From positions 1,675,665 to 1,739,664 of the forward strand of contig JAWQFM010000005.1 of the NCBI GenBank assembly GCA_033442325.1: a DNA stretch of 64,000 nucleotides, in the 5' to 3' direction. Shown one piece after another: positions 48,101 to 62,100 of the stretch; within the stretch, counting starts at the first letter, position 1, and every line of letters starts with the position of its first letter. Made by a program: the position numbers and the translations under genes. Source of the DNA: Salpingoeca rosetta (lineage: Eukaryota; Protista; Choanoflagellata). Under the pieces are notes generated by a model that saw only the letters and a program-made list of their open reading frames with translations, was not told the origin of the DNA and searched no databases.

Positions 48101-51100
48101 GTCGCCGCCCGCTGGCCCGGAGAGGCGGGCAGAGGCAGAGGCAATGCCCAGCACGGCTGCGGAGGTGGTGGAGGGCGCCTTGCTGGTGCCGGTCCACGAG
48201 GCAAAGTCGAGGCCGAGGCTGTTCACGCGCAGGCGCGAGTCGTCCGAGGTGGTGACGACGGCGGCGAACGAGGCAATGGGGAACGCGGTGCGTGAGAGCA
48301 CCTCCAGCTCGAGCGTCTCGCCCGCGCGGACGTCCCGGTTGGGCAGGCGCACGTACACGTCGTTGTCTGGCACAAACACGGCCGAGGACGCAAGCGTCAC
48401 GAGACGGCTGGACTGACCCTGAACGGCGACGGCGCCCTGCAGCGCGGCCTCCTGGAAGGCGAACGTCACATTGGCCGTGGCGTCCACGCCGGGCGTGTAC
48501 CAGCCCCTCGGCACGCGCAGCGCAAAGGAGCACAGCCCGTGGGCGTTGGTGGTGCAGGAGACGGAGGTAGCGTTTTCGGCGTCGAGGCGGACGGTCACGT
48601 CCATGGCCGTGGCGCGGGGCACCACGTTGGCTGGCGTCGAAACCTGCAGCACACCGCGGACCCACGGGTCGTCCTCGTAGATGGTGCCTGCGGCGGCGAG
48701 CTCAAAGCGCACAGCCGCCGGCGCTGGGCGGGTCGTCTCGAGCGAGGCCGAGGTGGACGCCTCGCCAACAGAGGCGGAGAACACGGGGCCCGTGCCCTCC
48801 TCGCCGTTTGTGGTGCCCTGGAGCAGGACGGCGGTCTGGGCAGAAGTGCTCTCTGCGTATGTGGTCTCGGACGTCAGCGCAAGGCCGCCAGAGGCAGAGA
48901 ATATGGCGAGCGGTGAAAGCGGGGGCAGGACCTGCTCCTCACACTGGCGGTTGCTCGTCGGCGTGGGTGCGACGCTCTCGTACTCCAGTGGCGAGCAGAC
49001 GGTGAGGGGCGCGCAGACGCGGTCACGCGCTGGCCCTGCGGGCACGCTCTCGTACTCTGTCTCCGGGTCACACACCGTGAGGCGCTGGCACACGCGGTTG
49101 GACGTCGTTGTGGGCGCAACAAGCTCAAACTCAGACGACGTGCACTGGCGCAGCGCGCTGCACACGCGATCGCTAGTGGCCGTGTGCGCGGTGCTGATGT
49201 ACTGCTGCGCCGTGCACGTGCTCAGGTCATCGCACTGCCTATCCGTGGTGGCAGTCGGGGCCACAATCTCGTATTGCACATCCGGGGTGCACATGGTGTG
49301 CTGCGTGCACACGCGGTCCTGGAAGCGCGTGGGCTCCTGCGACTCAAACTGGTCCAGGTCGCACGTCGTGTACGGCAGGCACTGCGTGTCGCTGGTTGCG
49401 CTGCACGTCTGCTCAATGTACTCTGTGACGTTGCACACGGTGCAGGGCAGGCACACGCGGTCGTCATGCGCCAAGCACGGCGAAGACTCAAACGTGCTGC
49501 CGTCAACGCACTGCGTGCATGCAGTGCATGTGGTGTCATCCGTCTCGCTGCATGCTGCTGAGGCGTACGTGTCTCCGCTGCACGTGCTGCACATGGCGCA
49601 GGTGGCATCCGCAGACGCCGTGCAGGGGGTCATCTCGTAGTGCGTGCCCCCAGGGCAATCCGTGCACGCCTCACACACCCTACATGCGAAGAATGCAGTG
49701 GACGAGGTGGAAGAAGTGTGGGAGGTGGAAGAAGGGTCAGAAACGCGACAGGAAGCGTTGTGTGTGTGTGGGTGTGTATGCGTGTGTGCGTGTGTGCGTG
49801 CAAGTGTGTGAAATAGGGCATGGAAATATGGGGATCGAAAGTGAACAGACATTGGTGCGCACGAGGGTGATGGCAAGCATAGAGATTGGGGGGGGGGGGA
49901 GCGCCAAAACCAATCACACCATCAACATCAGCAACAACCCAAAGGGGCATGGTTCAAATCAAACAAACAAACAAACACGCACGCTCTGACATGCCATGAC
50001 AAGCACCTGTTTGTTGTGGTTGTGGGAGCAACGGCCTCGAATTGAGTGGCAGTGCACACTGTCAGGTTGGCGCACACGCGGTCCGACACCCTGTCATCAT
50101 ACATTCCGTATTCCACGTCAAGGGTGAGAAGGGGTGTGTTTGCGTGTGTGGTTGTGTTTGGGTGAATGAATGCCTATGCATGTGTGTGCGCTTGTGCGTG
50201 ATGCAACCGCTGATGACGCAGGGCAAGATGCAACAGACTTCGAGTGAAGGAACAAAATCCATGTCACGTTTTATGTGTGCCCAACTTACGATGTGGGTGC
50301 GGTGACTTGGAACTGGGCTGCTGTGCAGTTTGTCCAGTAGATGCATTCACGGTCCGTTGAAGGCGTGGGTGCGCGTGCCTCGTACTGCTGCGCGCGGCAC
50401 GTCGTGAGCTGCGTGCACTCGCGGTCGCTGGTGGCCGTCGGCGCAGCACTCTGTGCACAAAGAAAGAGAAACGTAACCAAGGTGAGTGAGGGCATGTGGT
50501 GTCATGAATGCAAACAACAAGCACAATGGCAATTCACTGCAGGCACTTCGAGACACACACACACACACAAATTAACAAACACACACACACACACACGTAT
50601 TCCCTCGCAGACACGCAACAAACAAACACGCAGACGCACCTCGAATTCGTCCATGCTGCACGCGGCGCGAACGGTGGCGCATTGACGGTCCGTGGTGGCG
50701 GTGGGGGCACGAGTCTCGTACTCGTTGGCCTCGCACACCGTCAGGTTGCGGCACTGGCGATCAGACATGGTTGTGGGAGCAACCGTCTGGTACTGGGTGG
50801 CTGTGCACTGCGTCACGTTGGCGCAGACGGTGTTGCTGGTGGGCGTGTGCGGTTGGGCAACGTACTGCGTGCCTGATGCACACGTCGATGCTGTCATGCA
50901 GTCGTCCTGACCAGCGTCCTCCTTGAAGGTGCCCGCAGCACACACGGTGCACACGCGGTCGCTGGAGAGCGTGGGCTGCACAGACTCCTCTTCGCCGGCG
51001 GGGCAGTCCGACACGGCAACACACGCCGTGAGACCAGATGTCGGTGCAAACGAGACACCGCTACTGCAAGGGGTGCATGCCGTGCTGGGCAGCTGGTCGG

Positions 51101-52095
51101 CGTCGACAGTGCCCGGTGCACAGCGGTATGCGCTGCAGTCGCCGGTGCGGCCCTCGGGCACAAACGTGCCGGCTGGGCACTGCACACATGGTGTTGCGCC
51201 GTTGGCATCGTCGTCCGTGGTGCCGGCTGTACAGTTTTGACACTGGCGGTTGCTGGTCGCTGTTGGCGCCACGGCCTCCTCCTCGCCCACGTCGCACTGA
51301 GCAATGGCGCAGCACTGCCGGTTGGAGGTTTCCGTGGGCACCACGCACTCGTACTGCCCAACGACACACGTTGTCAGCGCAGCACACTCGCGGTCGGAGG
51401 TGTCAGTGGGAGCAACTGTCTCATACTGGCTCGCGGTGCACGTGGTCAGCGGTGTACACTGTGTGTTTGTCGACACGCGGCACTCCTGTGTCTGGTACTG
51501 GTCGGCACCGCACTCTGCGCATTCCATGCACTCAGTCTGAGACACGGACGTGCACGGCGACGACACGAAAAAGCCCGGGCTGCACGTGTCGCAGTTCTCG
51601 CACACGGTGTTGGCGGTCTCCGTGCAAGCGGTGGCCTGTGTCAGGCCCTCATCCTCACACGAGTCGCACAGCTCACACACGCGGTCGCTCGTTGCTGTTG
51701 GTGCACGCTCCTCCCATTCGCCGGTTCCACAGTCTGTGAGCGGGCCGCACTCGCGGTTGGTCGACGTGGTAGGCGCCTTTGTCTGGTACTGCGTGTCGGT
51801 GTCGCACGTGGCGTGGGCCGTGCAAGTGGCCTGGCCCGTGGTGGACTTGAAGGTGCCGGTAGGGCACGCCTCACACTGGCGATCACTCGCCGGTGTCGGC
51901 ACAACAGACTCCTGCACAAAGGGCATGGTGAATGTGGCGATGGGTGCGTGGGAAACGAGGGAGAAGCATGCGTGAGCAACAAAACGGACTTGGAATACGT
52001 GAAACTGGCAGCTGGAGGAGTTGTCAATGCCTTCGTGACGAGGGGTAGGCTGGCATGCAGGATTTGGGCCTCGCGCCACGGCCCCCACCTACAAG

Positions 52096-52152
<57 letters not shown>

Positions 52153-54590
52153 CACACACCACACACACACGCACACACACCTGGAAGCCTGGGGCGCAGT
52201 TCTGGGTGGCGATGCAAGACGTGGCCTGGCCAGCAGCGGCCTTGAAGGTGCCGGGGCCACACGTGGTGCACACGCGATTGGAGGAGAGGGTGGGCGCAAG
52301 CGTCTGCTCCTCCCCAGCCAAGCAGGTGCGCACCGCTGCACAGGTGGTGTTCTGGCCCGGCTGTGCCTTGTACGTGACGCCGAGCTGGCATGGCCTGCAC
52401 TCGCGGTTGCTCACGGCGGTTGGCGCGNNNNNNNNNNNNNNNNNNNNNNNNNNNNNNNNNNNNNNNNNNNNNNNNNNNNNNNNNNNNNNNNNNNNNNNNN
52501 NNNNNNNNNNNNNNNNNNNNNNNNNNNGCACACACACCTGGAAGCCTGGGGCGCAGGTTCTGGGTGGCGATGCAAGACCGTGGGCCTGGCCAGCAGCGGC
52601 CTTGAAGGTGCCGGGGCCACACGTGGTGCACACGCGATTGGAGGAGAGGGTGGGCGCAAGCGTCTGCTCCTCCCCAGCCAAGCAGGTGCGCACCGCTGCA
52701 CAGGTGGTGTTCTGGCCCGGCTGTGCCTTGTACGTGACGCCGAGCTGGCATGGCCTGCACTCGCGGTTGCTCACGGCGGTTGGCGCGTCCTGCTCCTCCT
52801 CGCCAGCCACACACGTGGTCGCCTGCAAGCATGCGGCCTGGCCCGCTGCGGGCTGGAACGACGAAGTGCCATCACACGCCTCGCATGGGGTACTGGCACT
52901 GTTGTCCGTGTCGGCGGTGCCAGCAGGGCACATGTACAGCGAGCAAGGGCCGATGGAGCCTGCGCTTGAAAAGTGGCCCGCCGGGCACGCAACGCACGCC
53001 GTCTCGCTGTCACTGTCATGGTCTGTCGTGCCTGCGGGGCAGCTGGCGCACACGCGGTTCGACGTCGGCGTGGGCTGCGTGGCAACAAACTCGCCCGCAA
53101 CGCACGTCGCCAGGCCCTCGCACTCGCGATCAGACGTCTGTGTCGGTGCCTGGGTCTCGTACTGCGTCTCAGCGTCGCACGACGACAGCGGCGTGCACAC
53201 GCGGTTGCTCGTTGCTGTTGGCGCCTGCGATTCAAACTGCGTCTCAAAGTCGCATGTGGTGAGCGGGGCGCAGGCGCGGTTGGACGTGGCCGTCGGAGCC
53301 TGCGTCTCGTACTCCTGCCCAGCGGTGCACTCGCGCACAGCGCTGCACACGCGGTTGGTGGTGGCCGTGGGCGCGCTCACCTGGTACTGGGACTGGGTGC
53401 AGTTGGTGATGGTCTGGCACAGGGCGTCGGCGCTGGCCGAGCAAGCCACCTGTTGGTACTCGTCCGGCTGGCACGTGGTGCAGCGCGTGCACTGCGTGTT
53501 CGAGCCCTGTGTGCAGGGCGAGGAGACGAAAAAGCCTGCGTCGCACGTGGCGCACGCCTGGCAGTCTGTGTCGCTGGTCGCGGTGCACGCTGCGGCAGCA
53601 AACGAGCCCATGGGGCAGGTGGTGCAGCCATCGCAAACGGTATCGGCGACGTTGCTGCACGGGCTCACGGTGTAGCTGTTGTCTCCGCAGACAGTGCAGT
53701 TGCTGCACTCGCGATCCGAGGTGAGGGTGGCAAGCACGGCCTCAAATTGCGACGCCTTGCACTGGGTGAGGTCCTCGCACACGCGGTTGGTGTTGGCGGT
53801 GCAGTCTGCGCGCTCGTATTGCGTGGAGCCGCACATGGCGCACTCCGTGCACGCGCGGTTGGTGGTTGTGGTTGGCGGCTGCGACTCAAACTCGTGCTGG
53901 AAGCACGAGCGCAGGGCGGAGCACACGCGGTTGGAGGTTGGGGTGGCCGGCGTGGAGATGTACTGCGTCTCAAAGTCGCATGTGGTGAGCGGAGCGCACG
54001 CGCGGTTGGACGTGGCTGTTGGCGCTTGTGTCTGGTACTCGTTCTGCGTGCAGTTGCGGATGGCCTCACACACAGCATCGCTGAAGGGGGTGGCAGCCGT
54101 CTTCTCGTACTCGTGCGCCTGTCACAAAACGGGCAGCAGAAGGAAAATAAAATTCGGGGTGGGGTGAGGTGAGGCGAGATATGCGCACACCATTTGTTCG
54201 TTTGTTTGGTTACAGGAGGGGAAGGGGGGGATGAAATACAAGGGAAAAAGAAAGGACAACATCGAGCGAGCAAATCGTTCAGAGAGGATGAAGTAAGAGC
54301 CCAGACATCCACGTGTGAGGCACGAACCTGGCATTGGGTGATGGGTTCACACTGCCTGTCAGATGTGTCTGTGGGAGCCATGGACTGGTACTCGGTTGCA
54401 GCGCACACGGTCAAGTTTGTGCACTGGCGGTCCGTGGTCGCTGTTGGAGCCATGGACTGCCACTGGTTGGCCTGCAGTAGAGGACCATGAAGGGAAACAG
54501 AGACAAGCAAAACAAAATGAGGAGTAGATGTGAGGGTGACAGTTATGTTGGCAGAGGGGTGATGGCAGAGGACGTGCAATGCTACTGAAG

Positions 54591-54652
<62 letters not shown>

Positions 54653-56534
54653 GGAGACGCACTAAGGACACACACTCACAAGCACCTGCATGCACAATCA
54701 AAGATGCTTACACAAGTAGACAAGTGTACAATGAGACCAACCTTGCACGTGGTGAGGGCCTTGCAGACGCGATCCGAAGTCTCAGTGGGCGCGGTGAGCT
54801 GGAACTCGGCACCAGGTGTGCACTCTGTGAGATCTGTGCACACGCGGTTGGAGGTGGATGTTGGCGCGACAGACTCGTACTGCTCCTGCGGGTGGCACTC
54901 GGCCCAAACAATGCAGATGGCCTGGTTGGAGGCTGGCTGGTACGTGCCTTCTCCGCAATCACCGCAGCGACGGTCGCTGGTTGCTGTTGGCTGCTGAATC
55001 ACGTGTGTTCCTGGCGGGCACATGGTGAGGTCGGAGCATACGCGGTTGTCTGTGCCGCCACACGGGCTGCTCTCGTAGGAGGAGGACGTGTCGCAGGCGG
55101 TGCAGGACACGCAGGTGTTGGTGGTGGCGTTGCCGTACATGCCAGCTGGGCAGGATGAGGAACAGGTGCCACTCGGGGTGAGGAAGAGGACACCCGTGCA
55201 CGAGGTGCACTTGGTGGCGTCGCCAGGCGCAGAGCACGTGGCGCAGCTGCTGTCACAGTTTTCGCACGTGTTGGCTGCCACATCCTCAGCCTGGCCGGGC
55301 GGGCACGAGCTGACGCAGGAACCGACGTTACCAAAGCCAATGCGATCAAGCGCAAGCGTCTCGGGGCAGGCGGTGCAGCCCTGCGCAGTGCCGTCCTCGC
55401 ACTCTGTGCAGCTCGGGTGGCATGGCTGGCACGAGGCGTCCTGCGTCTCTGTGCACACGCCGTCGAGGTAGAAGCCAGAGTCGCAGTCGCCCACCTGTGT
55501 GCAGCGTGTGCACACGCCATCGGTCGACAGCGTGCAGGGCTGCGAGAGGTACTGGTTGAGGTCACAGTCGGAGGATGTGGTGCACGACTGGCACTGCGTA
55601 TCGGCAGTCGCAGAGCACGCAGACACCTCAAACGAATCGCCTTCCGCGCACGGTGAGCACTGCGTGCACACCGGGTTAGACGTGCCCTGCAAAGCGTGAA
55701 ACAAGAACGCAGCATTTGGAGTTCACAAACATAAAGACAGCGAACAAGCGGTAAAATGAGTGCTACAGTGATTGAGAGAGAGAGAGAGTGCGTGTGTGTG
55801 TGTGTGTGCGTGTGACAGACAGACAGAGAACGGAAAAAAGGGGGGGTATATTTTTTCTTCCACTCTCGCAATGTGTTGCACTTTGTTTCTTCGGCGCCGC
55901 CAAGTAGTACACATAGGTATAATTAAATTCAGAAAATAGTAAAGCACGGTTCTTGCAGGCCACTATCTTGGGGAAGCGTCTTGGGAGGACTCTCGAAGCA
56001 TCCAGCGTGTGAACTTTATTGCGGCTTTTTGGGTCGGTACGACAGGATGCATTTGCTTAAAGCTACCAATACGGAGTGTGCAACTGCTTCGACTCTACAT
56101 CCATGCGCAGCTCCATTTAGTTGCGTTCAGGCGGACCATAATTCGATAAAACAGGATAGGATAACACATAATAGCCTGTGTCGTGCCATTGTCTTAAATT
56201 TCCGGTCAGCTTGACGCGCACGTCGGAACCGAGCACATAGGGCAGTACATATTCACCCCCCCCCCCAAATGTTATTGATTGAATGTACGCTGTCATGTTC
56301 CGCTGACGAAAGAAGCCTTCTGGCAGGAGTTCTGTGCATGCCTGTCAAGTAGGCGTTGAAGTGCCGCCACACATACCAGACAGGTACTCGCCCTCAGCGC
56401 AGTCGTCCTCTGCAAATGGCGAATTGCAGGAGCAGGAGCAGGGTTGTGTGAGTGGAACAAAACCATGTTGTCGAGCAGCGAGCTGTAAGTGGAGCGCATA
56501 CACGTGCATGCACACACACACACACACACACACA

Positions 56535-56589
<55 letters not shown>

Positions 56590-59129
56590 ACAAAAACACG
56601 TGCATGAACACACACACACTACCAAGCACACAATACACGCACCTGTGACGCATGGCTCGCAAACGCGGTCCTGTGTGCCGACGTCGAGGTGGGTGCAGGC
56701 AACCGTCTCGTAGAAGCCCTCCTCGCAGACGGTGCAAGGGCGGCAGACCGGGTTGGAGCGGCCGCCACACTCGCCGTCGAGGAAGTGGTTGTCCGGGCAG
56801 GAGGAGGTACACTGCTGGCACGCGGGCGGTGCCCACTGCATTAGGATGCGGCGGGGGCAGGCGGTCACACCAAGAAGCCCGCTGCTGCTGGAGGTCATGC
56901 AGCCGAGCTGCTCGTCGCAGTGGCACGCGTCGCCAGGGCTGAGGGTGGCAGAGTTGGCGGTGGCAAACGCATGCTCGGCACTCACCACAAGGCACGACGC
57001 GCCCCACGGGTGCTGAGCAGCCACATCGCGCGCAACGTCCACGTTGGTGACGAGCGACCAGCCAGAAGGCAAGCTTGCCTGCGCCTGGCAGGACGTGGAC
57101 GTGTCTTCAGGGAAGGTGGCATCGAGGGCAGCGTACGTCACGCCGTCCACAACCACGGTGCGGGGGAAGTCTGCGGCCAGGCTGCCTGGGCAGGCGCCCG
57201 TCAGGAAGTGGCCGTTCGGGCACGCGTCCGTGCACTTGGCGCACTGGCGGTCGGACGTTTCCGTGCAAGGGGCAGCCTCGTACTCGTCACCGGCACACGT
57301 CGTGCACGTGGTGCAGGTGGGGTTTGGGGCATCCGCCGCACACTCGCCGGCGAGGAACTGGTCTGCGCCGCACTGGGAGGTCGTGGTGCACGGCTTGCAG
57401 CGCGGGTTGGACGTGGGCGTGCACTCGCCATCGAGATACTCGCCCTGTGCGCAGGCGTCGGGCGTGGTGCAGGCGGAGCACTGGCGGTCGCTGTTCAGCG
57501 TGCAAGCGCGCGTTTCGTACTTGCCAATGTCACACGTGTCGCACGCCTCGCAGTGCGGGTTGCTGCTGCCCGCGCACTCGCCCTGCAGGAAGAAGCCCTC
57601 AGCGCAGGTGGACGTGCACAGGATGCACGTGGGGGTGGACGTGGCGGTGCAGGTGCCGGAGACGTAGTAGCCCTCGCTGCAAGACTGCACGCACGCCTGG
57701 CAGGCCTGGGGCCCGCTGCTGGGCTTGTACGTGCCGGCGTTGCAGGCGGTGCATTGCGCGTTGTGCGTGGGCGTGCAGGAGACGCTGAGCTCCTGGCCGG
57801 CGGGGCAGGTTGTGGTGCACGTGGAGCACACGCGGTCGCTGGTGGTGGTTGGCGCGGTCGACTGGTACGTGCCCGGTGCGCACTCCGTCCACGCCGTGCA
57901 CACGGTGTTTGAGGTGGTGGTGCAGGCGGCTTCGACAAACGTACCCGAGGGGCACTGGGAGCACGTCTGGCAGCGGCCTGTGGTGGCGTTGGCAAAGGTG
58001 CCCTGCGGGCACGTGGCCACGCACCGGCCGTTGGACAGGAAGGTGTCTGGGAAGCAGGCGGTGCACTCCGTGGAGGCGCCGCCAAAGCAGGCTGCACAGC
58101 TGGGGTCGCAGTCCTCACACACGTTGTCCGCGGCATAGGTGCCAGCGCTGCAGTCTGAGACGCAGCGGCCCGTGTCCGTGTCCAGGCTGAGGCTGCCGCT
58201 GCAGGCAACGCAGTCTGTGGGGGCGGAGCCGTCGCAGCGAGCGCACGAGCCATCGCACGACTCGCACGTTGGGTTCTGGCGACCGTCGGCGCCACCGCAC
58301 TCGCCGCTGACAAACTCGTTCTCTGCGCAGTCCTCTTGCGTGCGGCAGGACATGCACTGCGGCTGCGTGGTGCCCTGGCACATGCCGGTAAGGAACTGGC
58401 CAGCCGGGCACGACGTGCGGCACGTGGCGCACTGCCTGTTCTGCCCAGACCCGAGGCAGGGGGCAACCTCGTACTCGCCCTCCTCACACGTGTTGCACGC
58501 CTCGCACGTGAAGTCCTGGCGGCCCTCGCACACGCCGGTCAGGTAGTGATCGGGCCCACACGACGACTTGCACAGCTGGCACGTGGGCTGGGTGGTGGTG
58601 GAGCACTGGCCCGTGAGGAAGGAGCCGGCCTCGCACGACGTGCGGCAGGCCTGGCACGAGCCTGCACCAGGCTCCTCCTTGAAGAAGCCGGCATCGCACG
58701 GCTCGCACGAGGGGTTGCTGTGTGGCCGGGGGGAGGGGTGTTTGTGTGTTGGTTGTTTGGATTGGGAAGTGTGGGTGAGTGATGGTGAGTAAGTCGGGGG
58801 TGGTGGCTCAAGGACAAGGCTCAAAATAGGAGGAACTGCTGTCACAATACATGCATACACACACACACGAGCAAACGCACCTTGTGCCCTCCGGGCCACC
58901 GCATTCGCCAACGAGTTCAGAGCCTGCTGGGCACGATTGGCGGCAGGCGGCGCACTCGCGGTCACGGAAGGCCGTGGGAGACACAACCTCGTACTCGCCA
59001 ACAGCGCATGGCGTCCACATCTGTTGTGACAGGAAATGAGTGTACAATTGAAGAAACGAGCCGAGCAAGGATGAATCGGGCAGAAAAGGAAGGAGAAAAT
59101 GTGCGACATGACTTGTGAGTGAGCGAGTG

Positions 59130-59179
<50 letters not shown>

Positions 59180-62100
59180 TGCTCGCGAGGAAACACAAGG
59201 TCTCCACCCAAAAACTCACGGTGCAGACAGTGTCCTGTGTGCCATCACAGCCGCCCGTCTTGTACGTGCCCGTTGGGCATTGGCGGCATTGACGGCAAGT
59301 CTGGCTGGTGGTATCGCCAAAGTAGCCCGTGGGGCAGCCAGCAACACACTCCGTGCCAAGAAGGAAGAGCGGGCTGTTGCAGGAGGTGCAAGCAGTGGAC
59401 GTGGCGCCAACACAGTCGCGGCACGACGGGTGGCACAGCTCGCACTCGCCAGAGGCCGTGCTTGGGTAGAACCCGAGGTCGCATTCTGTCCGGCACTCGG
59501 TGCCACTGAGGAAGACGCCGCGCTCGCACGACGTGCAGTTGCTGGCGGAGGGGCCAGAGCAGGTCAGGCACTCCGGGTGGCAGGGCACGCACTGCGTTGT
59601 CTCGGTACCGCCGCATGTGCCGATGAGGACCTCGGTCGACAGGCACGCGTCTGCGGTCGTGCATGGCGTGCACACTGCGTCGGCGTTGGCGGAGCAAGGG
59701 GAAGACATGTAGTGGCCCTCTGGGCACGTCTGCGTGCAGTCGCGGCACACGGTGTTGGAGCCGCCGTTTGCAGAGCTGCACGCCCGCAACACATATTGGT
59801 CCTCGCCACACGTCGAGCACTCCTCGCAGGTGGGGTAGCTGCGGGTGCCGTTGCACGTTCCAGACAGATATATGTCGTTTTCGCACTCGGTCGTGCACGC
59901 CCGGCACACTGTGAAAAGAGAATACACACACACACATGTGGGGGTTGAGGTGGGTGGGGTGTGCGTAGATGTGCGTGCGTGGCAACGTGCGTTAACGTGT
60001 GTGAATGTGTGTTTGTGTGAGTGAACTGGACAAAGAAAGGTTGATGCAGCACATGTCAAACAGCACGACAACGCAAGCAACCCAGGTCAACCAAAATCAC
60101 GCACACGCACACGCACACACACGCATACACACACACGCACGCACACACACACACACAGAGACACACACGCACACAATCCGCATATGCAAGCATGCAAGGG
60201 CTGTCGTACCGGTTGAGGTGGTGACGGTGCACGTGCCGTCCAAATACTCGTTCTGTGCACAGGAGGTGGGGCAAGGCACACACGCCTGGCCTCCGGCAGC
60301 CTCCTTGTATGTGCCTGAAGGGCAAGGCACGCACGTGCGGTCCTCAGTGATGCACTCTCCAGTGAGCTGTTCGCCAGCGGGACAGGACGTCTTGCACATC
60401 GTGCACTCGCGGTCGTTGGAGGGTGTCGGTGTCACAGACTCAAACGACACGCCAGGGACGCACTCGGCGCTCCAGGGTTCGCACTGGGTGTTGGTGGCAC
60501 CCTGGCAGCCGCCCACTTTGTACGTGCCACCAGAGCAGGTCTTGCAGCGACGGCAGACGCCACCGGCAAAGTCCTTGAAGAAGCCGTCGGGGCACACGCT
60601 CACGCACTCCGAGTCGTGCAGCACCAAGGAGGCCGCCGTGTCGCAGGACGTGCACGTGTCACTGGTGCCGTTGCAAGTGAGGCAGTTGCTGGAGCACGCC
60701 TGGCACTCGCCGTCGACAGAGTACGTGCCGAGGGGGCACTCTGAAAGGCACGCGCCCTCGTGCAGGCTGGTGCCGGAGGGGCAGTCGGTGCAGCTCTCGG
60801 GACCGGGGCCGTCGCATGCCAGGCACGACGGGTGGCACGTCTGGCATTCTGGGGTGCTGGAGCCGCCGCACACGCCGTTGTCGAGGTACTCGTTGTCCTC
60901 GCAATCCTCCTCGGTTGTGCATGGCTCGCAGCGCGGGGCGTCGGTGGACATGGGGTTGCACTCGCCAACGAGGTACGAGCCAGCGTCGCACTCCGTGACG
61001 CAGTCGGCGCACTGGCGGTCGGCGTCGTCGGTGCAGTCGCTCACCAGGTACTGGCTTGTCGTGCACACGGTGCACTGCTGGCAGCGTGTGCGGGAGGTGC
61101 CGTCTGCACCGCCGCATTCGCCCGTGAGGAACGCGCCGGGGGCACACGTGTCGATGCACGGCTGGCAGCTGGGGCTGCTGGTGTCTGTGCCCATGGTGCA
61201 CAGGCCGTCAATGTACTCGGTGCCTTGCTCGCAGTCGGCATAGGTGGTGCACGCGCTGCACTCGCGGTTGCCCGTGACCTGGCACGGCGAGGAGATAAAC
61301 TGGCCGGCCTGGCAGGTGGCGCAAGGCGTGCACTCGTAGTTGGACGTGCCGCCGCACGTGCCGCTCAGGAAGTGGCCGCTCGGGCACGTGCTGGTGCACT
61401 GGGCACACTCAATGTCGTGCTTGGGGCTGCACGCGGCCGTCTGGTAGGAGCCAGCGGGGCACTGCTCTGTGCAGGGCGCGCAGAAGAAGGTGTTGGTGCC
61501 CTCGTCCTCGATCTTGAAGTAGCCGTCCTTGCACTCGCAGTCGGAAAGCTGGATGGAGCCAGCCTCGCTATACGAGTACACGGGGCAGCTGCGGCAGTCA
61601 TAGTTGTGCTTGGGGGTGCAGGAGCCCGTGGCGTACTCGCCCTCGCCGCAGCCGCACGGGAAGCAGGTGTCGGCAACGGGGGCGGAGCCGTCCTGGAACG
61701 TGCCGTCGGGGCAGGCCACGCACGGCAGCGTGCCCGTGGCAGAGGCCGTGCCCAGCGGACAGGGCACGGGGTTCACGGTGACGTACACCTTGGCCGTGGC
61801 AGAGCGCACGCCGTCCGAGGCAACCACCGCGAGCTGGTACTCCTGCTGCACGTCGTTGTTGAGCACCTCCGTGGTGACGATGACGCCGCTCGCGCCATCA
61901 ATGGCAAAGGGGACGTTCTGCGTGGCCAGGGAGTACACAATCATGGCGTTGGCGCCAGAGTCGGCGTCCGTGGCCTGCACCTGCAGCACGAGCGTGTTGC
62001 GCGGGCGGCCCTCGTCGACGGCCACCTGGTACAGCGACTGCGCAAACACGGGCGCGTTGTCGTTGACGTCAATCACGCTGACAACAATGTCGATGGCGCC

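Noticed and set aside
42086-48295. Long plus-strand ORFs (e.g. 42086..45436, 46517..48295) antisense to the giant gene
   Set aside because: Shadow ORFs expected from GC-rich codon bias; no recognisable motifs.
52176-52787. Apparent tandem exon duplication in the Cys-repeat array
   Set aside because: The near-identical copies flank a 100-N gap and include the same intron edge; typical unmerged contig overlap.
56345-56347. In-frame TGA at a Cys position as possible selenocysteine
   Set aside because: It is immediately followed by frameshifting indels and degraded sequence, the Cys is a structural disulfide position, and no SECIS was identified; sequence error is more parsimonious.
48945-61770. 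Regularly recurring DNA motif (gcacacgcggtc/gcacacgcggtt) resembling a CRISPR-like array
   Set aside because: It encodes the D/N-R-V-C motif of protein repeats; the copies are degenerate at synonymous positions and no cas genes are present.
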